From contig JAWQFM010000003.1 in NCBI GenBank assembly GCA_033442325.1, positions 160,724-224,723 on the forward strand: a DNA stretch of 64,000 bases. The letters are read 5' to 3'. Numbering within the stretch: the first letter of the stretch is position 1; every line of letters begins with the position of its first letter. The DNA is from Salpingoeca rosetta. Lineage: Eukaryota > Protista > Choanoflagellata. Both the position numbers and the translations under genes were made by a program. Below, piece after piece: positions 18,801 to 30,135 of the stretch. The notes under the pieces are model-generated. The model saw only the letters and a program-made list of their open reading frames with translations, was not told the origin of the DNA and searched no databases.

Positions 18801-21800
18801 CAACGAAAAGCTCCACAAGTTCTTCAACCACTACGTGTTTGACCTTGAGCAAGCCGAGTACGACCGTGAGGGCATTGATTACTCCCACATCAAGTTTACC
18901 GACAACACGCTCTGCCTGGAGCTGATTGAGAGCTCGCCAAAGTGCGTTCTCCGCCTCCTCGATGAAGAATGCCGCTTCCCAAAGGTGCGTCATCAGGCCA
19001 GCACGCTCTGGCGTGGGTGGGGGGGGGGGGGTGACCAGATCTGTGTGCACATACCGCGCATTTTCAACACGCAGTATTCCGCCACCCTCCTCCTCTTTCC
19101 CTTTCGCACACGCACACGCACGCACACAATGCTCAATACTCACAATACACGCACATAATGCTCAATACTCACAATACACGCACACACACACACAATACTC
19201 ACAATACTCACAATACTCACACACAATACTCACAATACTCACCATACACTCACACACAGGGCTCTGACCGGAGCTATCTTGAGAAGCAGCACAACGCGCT
19301 GTCGAAACACCCGCACTACATGAAGAGCGAAGACAAGACGCGATGGGACGAGGAGTTTGGCATCCGCCACTTTGCCGGCGACGTCGTGTACACCGTGGAC
19401 GGGTTCCTGGAGAAGAACAAGGACGTGGTGCAGGACATGCTGTTTGACCTGATGCACTCGTCCACGTGTGCGTTTGTGCGCGACCTGACCAAGTTTCAGA
19501 ACCTGCTTGAGGTTGACCGCCGCGTCATTGTCGGCTCGAAGCTGCGCCGCAACAAGTCCATCATGCGCAGGGGCACCTCCACAGACATGCGCACAAACAA
19601 AGGCAAGCCCACGGTTGGCGACACGTTCAGGCGGCAGCTCGCGGCGCTGGTGGAGGTGCTGGAGGCGACGACACCGTGGTACGTGCGGTGCATCAAGCCA
19701 AACAGCGACAAGAAGCCGCGCCTGTACGACGACGAGCTGGTGAAGACGCAGCTGCAGTACTCTGGCATGCTGGACATTGTGCGCATCCGCAAGCAGGGCT
19801 TCCCCGTGCACGTGAGGGCGGAGCACTTTGTTGAGAAGTACCACGGCATGGCGCGCGTGATGGGCAAGGCCCTGCCCAAGGACCCGCGCGACGCCGTCAG
19901 GCAGATTATGACCTTCATCAACGCCCCGGAGACGGAGTGGCAGATTGGCAAGACAAAGGTGTTCCTGCGCACGTCCGTGTTTGAGCCGCTGGAGGACCAA
20001 ATGCAGAAGCTTCTGCAGGCCAAGGCCCTCGACCTGCAGCGCTTGCTGCGTGGCGCCATGGCTCGCGCCCGCTTCCAGCGCCAACGCAGGGCCGCCGTGC
20101 GCATCCAGGCCGCCGTCAGGGGCGCTGCCCTGCGCTGGCGGTACCTGCGGCAGCGCAGGGCAGCCGTCACCATCCAGGCGTACGTGCGCGGGTTCTTTGC
20201 GCGCGAATACGTCAAGGAGATTCGACGCAAGATCAAGGATGAGGAAGCACGGCGGAGGCGCGAGGAGGAGGAGCGCAGGAAGCGGGAGCTGGAGGAGGCC
20301 GGTGACGTCATGATGGAGGAGTCGGTGCTCGCCGCATCTCGCGAGCTCCTGGCCATGAGCCTGCAGGCACAGACGCAGGCGGACAAGGCGCAGGCCTCCA
20401 CACACGCGGGCGTTGTCGACAGCCTGGACGCCCTGCTCTCCGGCAACTACATTGCCACGCCCGCGCTGAGCAAGCTGGACCACGCCGGCAGCGCCAGCGC
20501 CAGCGCCAGCTCCGGCTACGGCTCCGACGCCACGTCCATGACGTCTCGCTCCGGAACGAGCACGCTCTCGCGCAAGTCGTCGAAGCAATACCTGGAGGCC
20601 ATGAGCAGCGAGCTGGACGAGCTGCTTGGCGGCGGCGAGGGCACGACCAAGCCCCCGGGTGCGCGCACGCTGCGGCGGCGCGAGCGCGTGGAGAAGAAGA
20701 TTCAGCTGGAGACGGCGCAGGCCGGTGCGGGCATGTCGTCATCGATGACGGTGATGCCGGGCGCAGCAACTGCCGGGGCGCCATCTGGCCCGCGGGCAAC
20801 GGCGGCGGCGGCAGGCGTGCTGCCTGGGGAGGCGTTCAAGCCGCACGAGTACCCGATGATCAAGTTTGCAGATGCGCACTTCAACGCACACCCGCTGTCG
20901 TCAGGCGGCACGCTGGGGCGAAGCAGCAAGAGCCTGCGCCGCGGGCAAAAGTCGGTGAACAACCCCATGCCCAAGACGGAGATGATTGTGTACACGAAGG
21001 CGTCGCAGCTGCCGACGTCGCTGGTGCACCTGCACAACCCGGAGAACACGGAGCTGGCGTGCAGCATCTGGAAGGACATGAACAAGCAGCTTCGCGGGGA
21101 CCTCAAAGAGAACAGCGTGATCCAGAGCACGCAGAGCATTGTGGCGTACTGCCTCGACCGCAGCGAGCTCCGGGACGAGGTGTACTGTCAGCTCATTCGC
21201 CAGGTCACCAACAACCCGTCCCCGGAGCAGCAGCTGCGTGGGTGGCAGCTACTTGCCATCTGCGCGGCCTGCTTCTCGCCGAGCAAGCGCCTGTACCGCT
21301 ACGTGATGGCGTTTATGATGACGCACCAGGCGGACTCGGTGGTGGGGGCGACGGCGACGTGGGCGCTGGACGCGCTGCGGCGGACCAAGCTGCACGACCA
21401 CCGGCGCCGCTCGCCGCCGTCCGTTGTTGAGATCAACGCCATCCGGGAGCTGCAGCCCATCATCTGCCGCTTCTTCTTCCTCGACGGCAAGGCCAAGGCG
21501 CTCGGCGTGCACCCCTGCTGGACGGCGCGCGACGTCATTGAGGACCTGGCCAGCAAGATTGGCCTGCAGTCCACAGAGGGCTGGGCCTTGTTTGAGACAA
21601 CGCCGCAGGCAGAGCACTTTATTCGCGGCACGGAGTTTGTGGCGGACATCCTGTCTGACTGGGAGTCTGCGCAGCGCAGCTCGATGCAGATGAGCAAGTA
21701 CCAGACGACGGCGCGGCGGCGTGGCGCCAACAGCGGCGGCGCGTCCGGCATCACGCAGGCGCTTGGCGGCGGCGATGCGCGGTTTGTGTTCCGCAAGCGG

Positions 21801-24167
21801 CTGTTCCGGAACCCGCGCGAGCTGTCCAAGGACCCCGTCGAGCACGCGCTGCTGTACGCGCAGGCGGTGCACAGCGTCGTGCACGTGGACGAGTACCCCG
21901 TGAACGAGAAGGTGGCGCTACAACTGGCGGGCCTGCAGTCGCAGGTGGTCTGGGGCAACGCGCAGGAAGGCGTGGTGTCCCGGTACGAGGACGTGGAGCA
22001 GTACCTGCCGCTGCGCATTCGGGTGTCGGATCCGCACGCCACCAAGGAGGACTGGACCAACAAGCTGTACAAGGCGCACATGGAGTACGGGCGCGGACTC
22101 GATGCTGCGCGCGCAAAGGTGCTGTACCTGACGGCGGTGCAGCACTACCCGCTGTACGGCGGCACGTTCTTCGATGTGCAGTACAAGGGGTTCTGGTCGT
22201 ACCCGGCGCGCCTGTTCCTCACCATCCATGCGGACGGCTTCAAGTTTGTGCAGCAGAAGACGAAGCAGGTGCTGGCGGAGTTTCCGTACTCTGCGCTGCG
22301 CAACGTGGAGGTGAACGCGGTTGAGGACACGATTACGCTCAACATGGACGAGAGCGCGGCGACGGAGGTGTCCAACTTCATGTTCTACACCCCGCGCAAG
22401 GAGGACATTGCCAACCTCATTGCGTCCTACTCGCCCGTTCACCGCAACTGGAAGGCGGTTGGCCAGGCCGCCGTCTCCCACCGCAAGATCACGGACAGCG
22501 ACAAGGCGCGCGCGTGGGAGCTGGTGCGCTCGCACCGCTCCTTGCTTGCAGGCACGGGGATGCTGCGCAAGGTACCCGAGGGCGGCCGCGGCCTGCTGGC
22601 CAACACGCTGCGGCGGCGCTCGTCAAAGACGGGTGCATCTGCGGCGTCGGCGTCGGCGTCGTCGTCTGCGGGCGACTCCGCTGGCAAGGGCAGCAAGGGC
22701 ATGCCGCAGGCGGAGATGGACAAGGCGTTCCCTGAGAAGTACTGGTCGTACACCAAGTCGAAGCTGCCGCAGCCGCTGACGGTGATGCCTGACGGGGAGC
22801 TGGAGGACATTGCGCTGGACATGTTCAGCTCGCTGCTGGTGTATGCGGGGCTCGCGTCGACGGGCGGGTACGCGGTTGAGGGCGACCGCGACCACATTGC
22901 GTTGGTGCAGACGGTGATTCAGCGCTGCCTTGACCGGGAGGAGCTGTGCAACGAGTTTTACCTGCAGCTCATCAAGCAGACGACGGAGCAGCCGGACCCC
23001 AACAGCCAGATCAACAGGCAAAACTGGTCCATGCTCGCGCTGCTGCTGGGCGTTGTTGTGCCGCGCCACAGGGAGCTGCTGCAGTACTTGTCTGCACACC
23101 TGCGGCGGTGCGGGCTGGACGGCTCAACGGAGGAGGGCAAGTACGCCCAGTTCTGCCAGCAGTGCCTGAACCGCACGATCATGAACAAGAACCGCAAGTA
23201 CCCGCCGTCGCGGCAGGAGATTGTGTGCGTGACGAAGATGCGGCCCATCCACGCGCGCTTCTACTTTATGGACGGCGAGTTCCGCGCGCTGATGTTTGAT
23301 GCCGCGGCGACGACGGCGGAGGTGGTGGCGATGATCAAGGAGCGCATTGGCCTGTCTGGCCGCGCGCCAGGGTTCTCGCTGTTTGAGGTGTTTGGCTCGC
23401 TCGAGCGCAACATGCTGCCGTGGGAGAAGGTGGCTGACGCGATTTTCAAGTGGGAGAAGTACGCGCGCAGCACCAACGCCACGCAGGAGCTGCGGCTCAC
23501 GTTCAAGAAGCGGCTGTTCACGGGCAAGCCCGAGATTCCGGCGCACGCGATTGAGTTTGACCTGCTGTTCTACCAGGCCGTGGATGACGTGCGCAGCGAC
23601 CGCTTCCCCGTGACGCCGGAGGAGGCGGCGTACCTTGCTGCCCTGCGCGCGCAAGTTGAGCTTGGCAACCGGGATGCGCTCGAGGTGACGAGCGGGGACC
23701 TGTACTCTGGCATTGTGCAGAAGTACCTGCCAAAGCACCTGCGCACGATTGTGCAGCCGGAGGACATTGCGGCGCACCACGCACGGCTGTCCAACAAGGC
23801 GGATGACGACTGCAACCGCGCGTTCCTGCGGTTTGTGCAGAGCTGGCCGCTGTATGGCTCGACGGTGTTTGAGGTGCTGCAGACTTACACGCAGGCGCTG
23901 CCCAAGAACCTGTGGCTTGCCATCAACGAGCACGGCTTCCACATTCTTCGGCGGCGGTCGAAGGAGCCGCTCATCTCGTATGGGTACAAGAGCATTGTCA
24001 GCTACAGCCCGTCCCTGCGCAACCTCATGATTGTCACGGGCTCGCTCACCCGCGGCACCAAGTTTGTGTTCACCACCAACCAGGCGTCGCAGATTGCGCA
24101 CCTGATCAAGGACTACACCTACCTCATTCTTCAGCGACGCAAGCCAGGAAAGGCCGCAGCAAAGTGA
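15830..24167 (+). CDS. Unconventional MyTH4-FERM myosin (motor, 3 IQ, charged helix, MyTH4-FERM x2, no SH3; myosin-22/VII-like), 9 exons, last exon 19260-24167
   Basis: Motor motifs [54 protein letters not shown] and [10 protein letters not shown] motifs LQRLLRG, IQAAVRG and IQAYVRG. Two MyTH4 domains ([30 protein letters not shown]), each followed by a FERM domain. All introns are GT-AG and in frame. Confidence 0.93.
19120..19255. repeat. Degenerate cacaatact-type tandem repeat at the 3' end of the last myosin intron
   Basis: Repeated 'caatactca(ca)' units run up to the CAG acceptor at 19259. Confidence 0.85.
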
Positions 24168-24361
24168 TTCCCGTCTCCCTGTGTGTGTGCGTGTATGTGT
24201 GATTGCGTGTGTGTGTGTGATTGTGGTGGTCGTGCCTTCAGTGTATTTCCCTATGTTCGTGGTGTCTTTCATTAGCTTGTGGTGGGAGGAAGGGAGCGTG
24301 TAGGAAGGGAGCGTGTGCGAGAAGCAGATGGCGAGCCTGTTGTGTGCACGTTGATCAGCAT

Positions 24362-24401
<40 letters not shown>

Positions 24402-24917
24402 TGAGCGCATTTCATGGGTTACACATGTATCGGATGTGGGCGGACGAAGCGGCGGCTCGGCCCTGGTGCAGAACGTTCTGTTGATCCCAGCAGTGGCTGG
24501 AATGTTGTATTTGGGTGTCACTGTGGCTTTCTTTGTTCATTTGTGTGTCTCGTCATTGGCTCGCGTTGATGTGTTCTTCATTGTCGTAGTTTTGTTCGTA
24601 ATCTGTTTCATTGATTCATCTCACCCATGCATGTCGAGTGTCACCACACGCCAAAGCGTGCCATTGCGACAAGAATGATGATGACGACGCTGTGGAGCAT
24701 GCAAGCGCGAATCTTGCTTGCCTGGTGCCTCACAGCAACAATAAACGCATCAACCCAATTCACATTAGCATGGGAACATGAAGGCCAAAGCAAAAGGGGG
24801 AAAAGGTGAGAGAGTGATAGAGAAGGGGTGGGGGGGCGGCGGGGAAACCTGACGCAGGAATCAGTATCATGGTTGGCGAATCGTGGTGCTGAAACATGTA
24901 CATGCATGACAAACAAA

Positions 24918-27900
24918 CTACTTGTTGGTCGCAACACGCGCGCGCTTGTGCGGTGGCTGATCTGCTGATGATCCCGCGTGGTCTCCATGCGCAACACCGC
25001 CACCACCGCTGCCGCCTGCTGGGTGCTGTGTATCGGTACCTGGCTTCTTCTTTGGTCGGCGAAGCGGGTGCGGCATGCCCTTGAGACCTGCTTTTGCGTT
25101 CACCACGGGCGGGCCTGGCGTGTGTGCGAGGTGTGGCGGCAGCCGTCGCAGCTTGCCCGCATCAGCAACGCGATATGTCTCTGGTTTGGGCAGCACCTTG
25201 TACATCTGGCCGTCGTACACCCGCAGTGCTGTGCTGGTGCTGCCAGCGTCGCTGCCTTCTGCTGGTTGCGACACGGGCTCGCCCAATGCCGGATCAAACG
25301 TGTATTTGATGGCGCGCTGGTTGTCGTACGCCTCCACCTCGCGCACCAGCACAACGTCCCTTGCTTGCAGCTGCATCTCCTCGCCTCGCTCCTCCTCGTC
25401 ATCCTCGATTGCGTTGAAGTTCTTCTCGCCCGTGCGCAGCGTGACGTAATCCCCCAGCGCCTCCGGCTCGTGGTCCTTGTCGTCAAGCGCGTGCTGCACG
25501 TAATTCATGTAAAAGTCCTGCGGCTCCGCGGCTGTGTCTTGAGGGTTGGCAACCCGGCTGCCCACGTGGATCGCTGCATCCACCAGGCCCCGCTTCATGC
25601 GCGCGTGCGCCGTTCGCATGTCGTCCTTGATTTGCTCCATCACGGATTCGTGCTGCTGCCCCCGCTGGCCCTCATGTTCCATCCCGTCCTCGCCCTGCCG
25701 CCGTCGCCGCTGGCCCTGTCCCTGTCGCTGCTGCTGCTTGTTGTTTGGCGTCGCGCGTGGCTTGGATCGGGCAGGCGTTTTCGGCTTTGCTCCTTTCTTG
25801 CCCTGTGTTTTGCCACTTGCAGTGGCCTTCCTTTTCCCATCGCTCTTTCTCCTTCTCGGGCTGCTCTTGCTGCTGTTGCTGCTGTTGCTGCTGTTGCGAC
25901 TGCTTGCTCTCTTGCTCGTGACTTTTGCTGCCTTCCCCGCTGGCTCACTACTATCACCGCCATCACCGCCATGAGTGTCGTGGCGGCGTTTCGCTGCAAG
26001 GCGTGCGCGCTGAGCACGCGTCATCACACCCGTGTGCAGATCAATGTCTGGCAGCTCGACAGGTTCCTCTTCCTCCTTCTTCACGGCGCGTGTGTTGCGC
26101 TGCCTTGGCTGCTTACGTCGCCCTTTCGCCCGCCGTGTGCTGGCCGCAGCCTTTTCCTCTTCGTCCCCTTCTGCTTGTTGCGGTTCTTCTTGTGCAAATT
26201 GCTCTTCGTCTTTCACCTCCCCCTTGGGCTGTGCTGTGCCACCCCTGCCACCACTACCACCATCACCACCATCACCACTACCACCACCATTGCCACCACC
26301 ATTGCTCGTGTCCACCTCGTCTTCCTCGCGGAGGGCGTCCACCTCTGCCAGCTCCGCCTGCACGCCGGATGATGCCGCTGTTGCCGTTGGCGATGTAATT
26401 GCCTCCACGGGGTGGTGCGCGGGTGTTGCTGCAAACGCCGTCTCCAGCTGCTCCCACGGCGCCTCTGATGCTGCTGGTGGGCTCTCCCACCCCTGCTCCT
26501 TCATCTCCCGCCGCCGGCGCTCGTGAATGGCTGCCAGCTCGTCGTGCTCGCGCTTCGCGACCTGCGCCGCCTTTCGCTCCAGGTGGGCAATGTACTCCAT
26601 GGACGTGCGGTACAGCGGTGACTCGCCACCAAACTGTGGCGAGATGTCGCCGTAGTTCGGGGACACGTCCCCATACCGCGGCGGTGACGCGCTGTCCGAG
26701 ACGGGCGTGCGCGGAATCACAGGCACGCCCTTCTCCATACGCACGCGGCGGCCGACGTTGCTGCCCACGGGCCGCTCAATCACCTTCCGCACGCGTTCAC
26801 CAGTCGCAGGCACTTCGTACTCGATGACGCGGAGCTCAGAGTCTGTGCCGCCATCATACGAGTATTGGCGACCGGCGGCATCGAGCAGCGCGTCCTGCCC
26901 GTCCTCGTTGAACAGCAGCCGCGTCGCCCAGCACACCACGGCCCCGCCCCGTGATGTGGCTGTCGTCGCTGCTGTTGCTGCAGGCGCAGGTGCAGGCGCA
27001 GGCGTCGTTGGTGCTGCCTTGTTCGCTGTGTCTTCTTGCTTGTCCGTCTTCTTCTTCTTCTTCTGCTGCTGCTGCTGCTGCTGTTCTGTTTGGGGTGTGG
27101 GGGCTGTATTTGCGGCAGTGGCTGGTGCCATGGCTGGTTCCGTGGCAGAGGCTTGCTTGGGTGCGCTGCTGGCATCCTGTGCCTGCGGCTGTTTGTGTTT
27201 TTGATGCTGGTGTGTTCTGGGTGTGGTGGAGGTAGGGGTGCGATGGGGCCTTGCCCTTGCAGCAGCAGGGGTCGTGGACGCTGACGCGGGCATGGAGATG
27301 CGCGCAACAACGGCCTGTGGCGCAGGCTCACGATAGTGGCACTGGGTTGGCGTGCACAGGTGCAGTGTCCCGGACCTGCGACAGATCCAGATGTTGTCCA
27401 TGAGCCGCGTGAAGCCGAACGAGCCGCACTCGTCCTTTGTGCACTCGTGGTCCTGTGTGGCCCAAGCCGGTGGTGTGGTGTCGCTGCCGTCGTCCGTCGT
27501 GCACCAGGACGACACGCCACTGCGAATGTTGAACCAGTACGGATAGTTTGGGCGCACGGGGTCGTCGGGCATGCTTTGCTGGATGACCCAGTTGCGGTGC
27601 ACGTCCTCCTTCCACTCGCGCTGGAGGCAGCGGGCCAGCAGGATGCACGCGTGTGCAGAGGTGTGGCATGCCGCCGTGTGCTGGTGCAGCCGCTTGTGGG
27701 AGAGGCACAGGGCAAGCGAGAGGCGCTGTGTCGGGTGAGGGAGTGAGATGATGTCGCACGTGGCGTCGCCGGGGCACTGCTCCTCGCCCATGCCCGGGAC
27801 ATCGAGCTGCACCTCGCCAGACTTGAACCCGTACCGCTTCTCCATGGCGGGAATGAGTTCCAGCAGCGGAAGGAACTCCTTGAACCTGATGGCAAAGTCC

Positions 27901-28478
27901 ATGGCAAGAAACTCCTGGTCGCCCGTATGCAGTGCACGCAGCTTGTCACTGCTGCGGCTGCTGCTGCTGGCGGTGGTGCCGTCGCCCTGCGTGTCGTAAA
28001 TGTGCCTGCGCACTGCATCTGAGAGCACGTTGTAGGCGTGGCTGATGCGTTGGAAGCGGCGGGCTGCCTCGTCCTTCTTGTCCTCTGGATTGCGGTCGGG
28101 GTGGTTCTTCAGGCAGAGCTTGTAGTAGGCCCTGCGGATTTTGGCCACGGAGGCCGTCTTGTCCACTTGCAGCACGTCGTACAAGTTCATTCGCTCAAAC
28201 GCTTCCACGCTCACATGCTGCTCCTCGTCCTTCCCTTCTTCTTCATCATCTTCACCATCATCATCGTCATCAACATCGTCCTTGTCAGCAGCGGCAGCAG
28301 ACCCAGTCGTGGTGGCGTCTTCGTGTTGTTCCTCATCCTCTTTCTGAGACTTGTCTTGTGTGCTTGCATCACGCACGTTGTGATCACTCGCTGCAGCATC
28401 TGTGCTCGTTGACGGCTGTTGGTGCTCTGGTGGTACCTCTTGTGGGCTACTGGAGTCATCTTGACCCGTGTCCATCAT
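24918..28478 (-). CDS. Single-exon 1186-aa J-domain (DnaJ type C) protein with a WW-like and Cys/His-rich region and a long disordered C-terminus
   Basis: J-domain NLYDVLQVDKTASVAKIRRAYYKLCLKNHPDRN…FQRISHAYNVLSDAVRRHIYD with intact HPD. WW-like segment WVIQQS…PYWFNIRSGVSSW. Uninterrupted ORF. Confidence 0.85.
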   Translation of the reverse strand: MMDTGQDDSSSPQEVPPEHQQPSTSTDAAASDHNVRDASTQDKSQKEDEEQHEDATTTGSAAAADKDDVDDDDDGEDDEEEGKDEEQHVSVEAFERMNLYDVLQVDKTASVAKIRRAYYKLCLKNHPDRNPEDKKDEAARRFQRISHAYNVLSDAVRRHIYDTQGDGTTASSSSRSSDKLRALHTGDQEFLAMDFAIRFKEFLPLLELIPAMEKRYGFKSGEVQLDVPGMGEEQCPGDATCDIISLPHPTQRLSLALCLSHKRLHQHTAACHTSAHACILLARCLQREWKEDVHRNWVIQQSMPDDPVRPNYPYWFNIRSGVSSWCTTDDGSDTTPPAWATQDHECTKDECGSFGFTRLMDNIWICRRSGTLHLCTPTQCHYREPAPQAVVARISMPASASTTPAAARARPHRTPTSTTPRTHQHQKHKQPQAQDASSAPKQASATEPAMAPATAANTAPTPQTEQQQQQQQKKKKKTDKQEDTANKAAPTTPAPAPAPAATAATTATSRGGAVVCWATRLLFNEDGQDALLDAAGRQYSYDGGTDSELRVIEYEVPATGERVRKVIERPVGSNVGRRVRMEKGVPVIPRTPVSDSASPPRYGDVSPNYGDISPQFGGESPLYRTSMEYIAHLERKAAQVAKREHDELAAIHERRRREMKEQGWESPPAASEAPWEQLETAFAATPAHHPVEAITSPTATAASSGVQAELAEVDALREEDEVDTSNGGGNGGGSGDGGDGGSGGRGGTAQPKGEVKDEEQFAQEEPQQAEGDEEEKAAASTRRAKGRRKQPRQRNTRAVKKEEEEPVELPDIDLHTGVMTRAQRARLAAKRRHDTHGGDGGDSSEPAGKAAKVTSKRASSRNSSNSSNSSKSSPRRRKSDGKRKATASGKTQGKKGAKPKTPARSKPRATPNNKQQQRQGQGQRRRRQGEDGMEHEGQRGQQHESVMEQIKDDMRTAHARMKRGLVDAAIHVGSRVANPQDTAAEPQDFYMNYVQHALDDKDHEPEALGDYVTLRTGEKNFNAIEDDEEERGEEMQLQARDVVLVREVEAYDNQRAIKYTFDPALGEPVSQPAEGSDAGSTSTALRVYDGQMYKVLPKPETYRVADAGKLRRLPPHLAHTPGPPVVNAKAGLKGMPHPLRRPKKKPGTDTQHPAGGSGGGGVAHGDHAGSSADQPPHKRARVATNK

Positions 28479-28915
28479 GGGAGGGGATCTGTGTTATTCT
28501 GTTCTCGCTTGTTGTAAGGTGTCGCTAAGTGGCGCGTGGAAAGTGTGAGACAGACGGTGGTCGCTCGATGGCCGGTGGGGGTGCGGTCGTTTGTCGTCTG
28601 CTGTTGTGCTCAGTCGTTCAGTTGCTTGCTTGCTTTGCTTGCTTGCTTTGCTTGCTTGATTGGTTGTTGCCGTTTGTGAAGATGTGCATTGAAATTCCGC
28701 AAACAAGCGGCGAACGCAACAACACAAAAACGGAAGGACGGCTGGGTGGTGTGGTGGCTGGCTGGTGGTGTGCGTTTGCAGATGGTGCATTCTTTGCTTC
28801 TCCTTCCAGCCTTCCATACAACACAGGCACCATCACCACCACCGCTGCCACGACAACCACCGCTGTCATCACAACCACCGCTGCCACGACGAGCGCGGCC
28901 AGTAGTGTAGCAGAC

Positions 28916-29182
28916 ATGGCTGACAAGGCAGAGCAAAAGCGGACGCAGACGACGCAAGGAGAGGACAAGCCAGGGCAGGAAGCCGATACGCTTGGCTGGG
29001 GTGAGCTGCGCACATCGGGAGCGCCCAAGCGGCCACCAAAGTCAAGGCGGCCAGAGTACCCACCCGACGACGATGAGGCAGATAGCGCAAACACCAACGG
29101 CACAACCGCAGGCTCAAGGAACGACGATATCTTGGACACGTACCGGGACGCGTTAACTTGCTTTGCCTGCTCGCGCCGCTAA
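28916..29182 (+). CDS. Small hypothetical protein (88 aa), divergent from the J-domain gene
   Basis: MADKAEQKRTQ…LTCFACSRR. Good ATG context (gacATGG), GC-rich and microsatellite-free, but no recognised domain; it could be spliced further. Confidence 0.4.
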   Translation: MADKAEQKRTQTTQGEDKPGQEADTLGWGELRTSGAPKRPPKSRRPEYPPDDDEADSANTNGTTAGSRNDDILDTYRDALTCFACSRR

Positions 29183-29683
29183 GCTTGCGACAAACCCCCC
29201 AAGACAGGGATGTTGCCTCGCTGCCTCGCTGCCTTGCTGCTGTACTTTCCACGCGTGTGTGGTTTCCTTCTCCCATTCTCCCATTCTCCCGCGGCGCTCA
29301 CGGCGAGTGCCTGTGCTTTTTGACTTTAATGTTCGCGTTCAAACGAAGCAACGATGGACGGTGTGTAATGTAAAGATGGGGTGCTAATCGATCAATGACT
29401 CCATGCTGTTTGCTTTTTGATTTCAGACCGTGTACTGAAAGTGTTGGAACGTGCGGATGCGTGACTTGACTGTTCTCTCACTCACATACAAACACAAACT
29501 TTCACTCGCATTCACCCGCACGCATGCACAGCATGTGAGCATTGAAGAAGCAAGTTGTACACAACAACTGAGAGGTGAAGTTACATACATTACATAACAA
29601 ACATATGCCAAAGGTGAAGAGATGAGGGCAGCAACAATCAAAAGGATTGACGATACAGCCATGTGTAATGTAACGTAACGTGG

Positions 29684-30055
29684 TTAGGATGATGACGATG
29701 ACGACACGGCAGATGCATCCGTTCCCTCTGAGAATGAGGATGAGGAAGAGTCAGACATGGTGGCGGTGGTTGTGGTGGTTGTGGTGGTTGTGGCGGTGGG
29801 CGATCCTGCCGAGAGCAGCTGCTCTTTTTCCTGCTGTGCCTTTCGCTCTGCCTCTGCCTCCTTCTGCATGGCGATGCGCAGCAGAAACCACAACTCCGCA
29901 ACGCCAGCCACCACGGCGCACGCAATTCCAAACAGCACCCGCTGCAGCGGTGTGTGTGTGGGGGGGAGGGTGCAAGAAGTGCAATCAAGTGAGTGAGTGT
30001 GTGTGCCTGTGAGTTGCATGTGGGGAACGCAAGCATGGTGTGACCGTGAACGAGA

Positions 30056-30135
<80 letters not shown>

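Noticed and set aside
19239-24521. Long antisense ORFs (449, 316, 465 aa) overlapping the myosin
   Set aside because: Expected shadow frames of a GC3-rich coding exon, with no recognisable domains.
29423-29662. 79-aa hydrophobic ORF downstream of TMEM199
   Set aside because: AT-richer sequence right after the TMEM199 stop with no coding signature; most likely 3' UTR.
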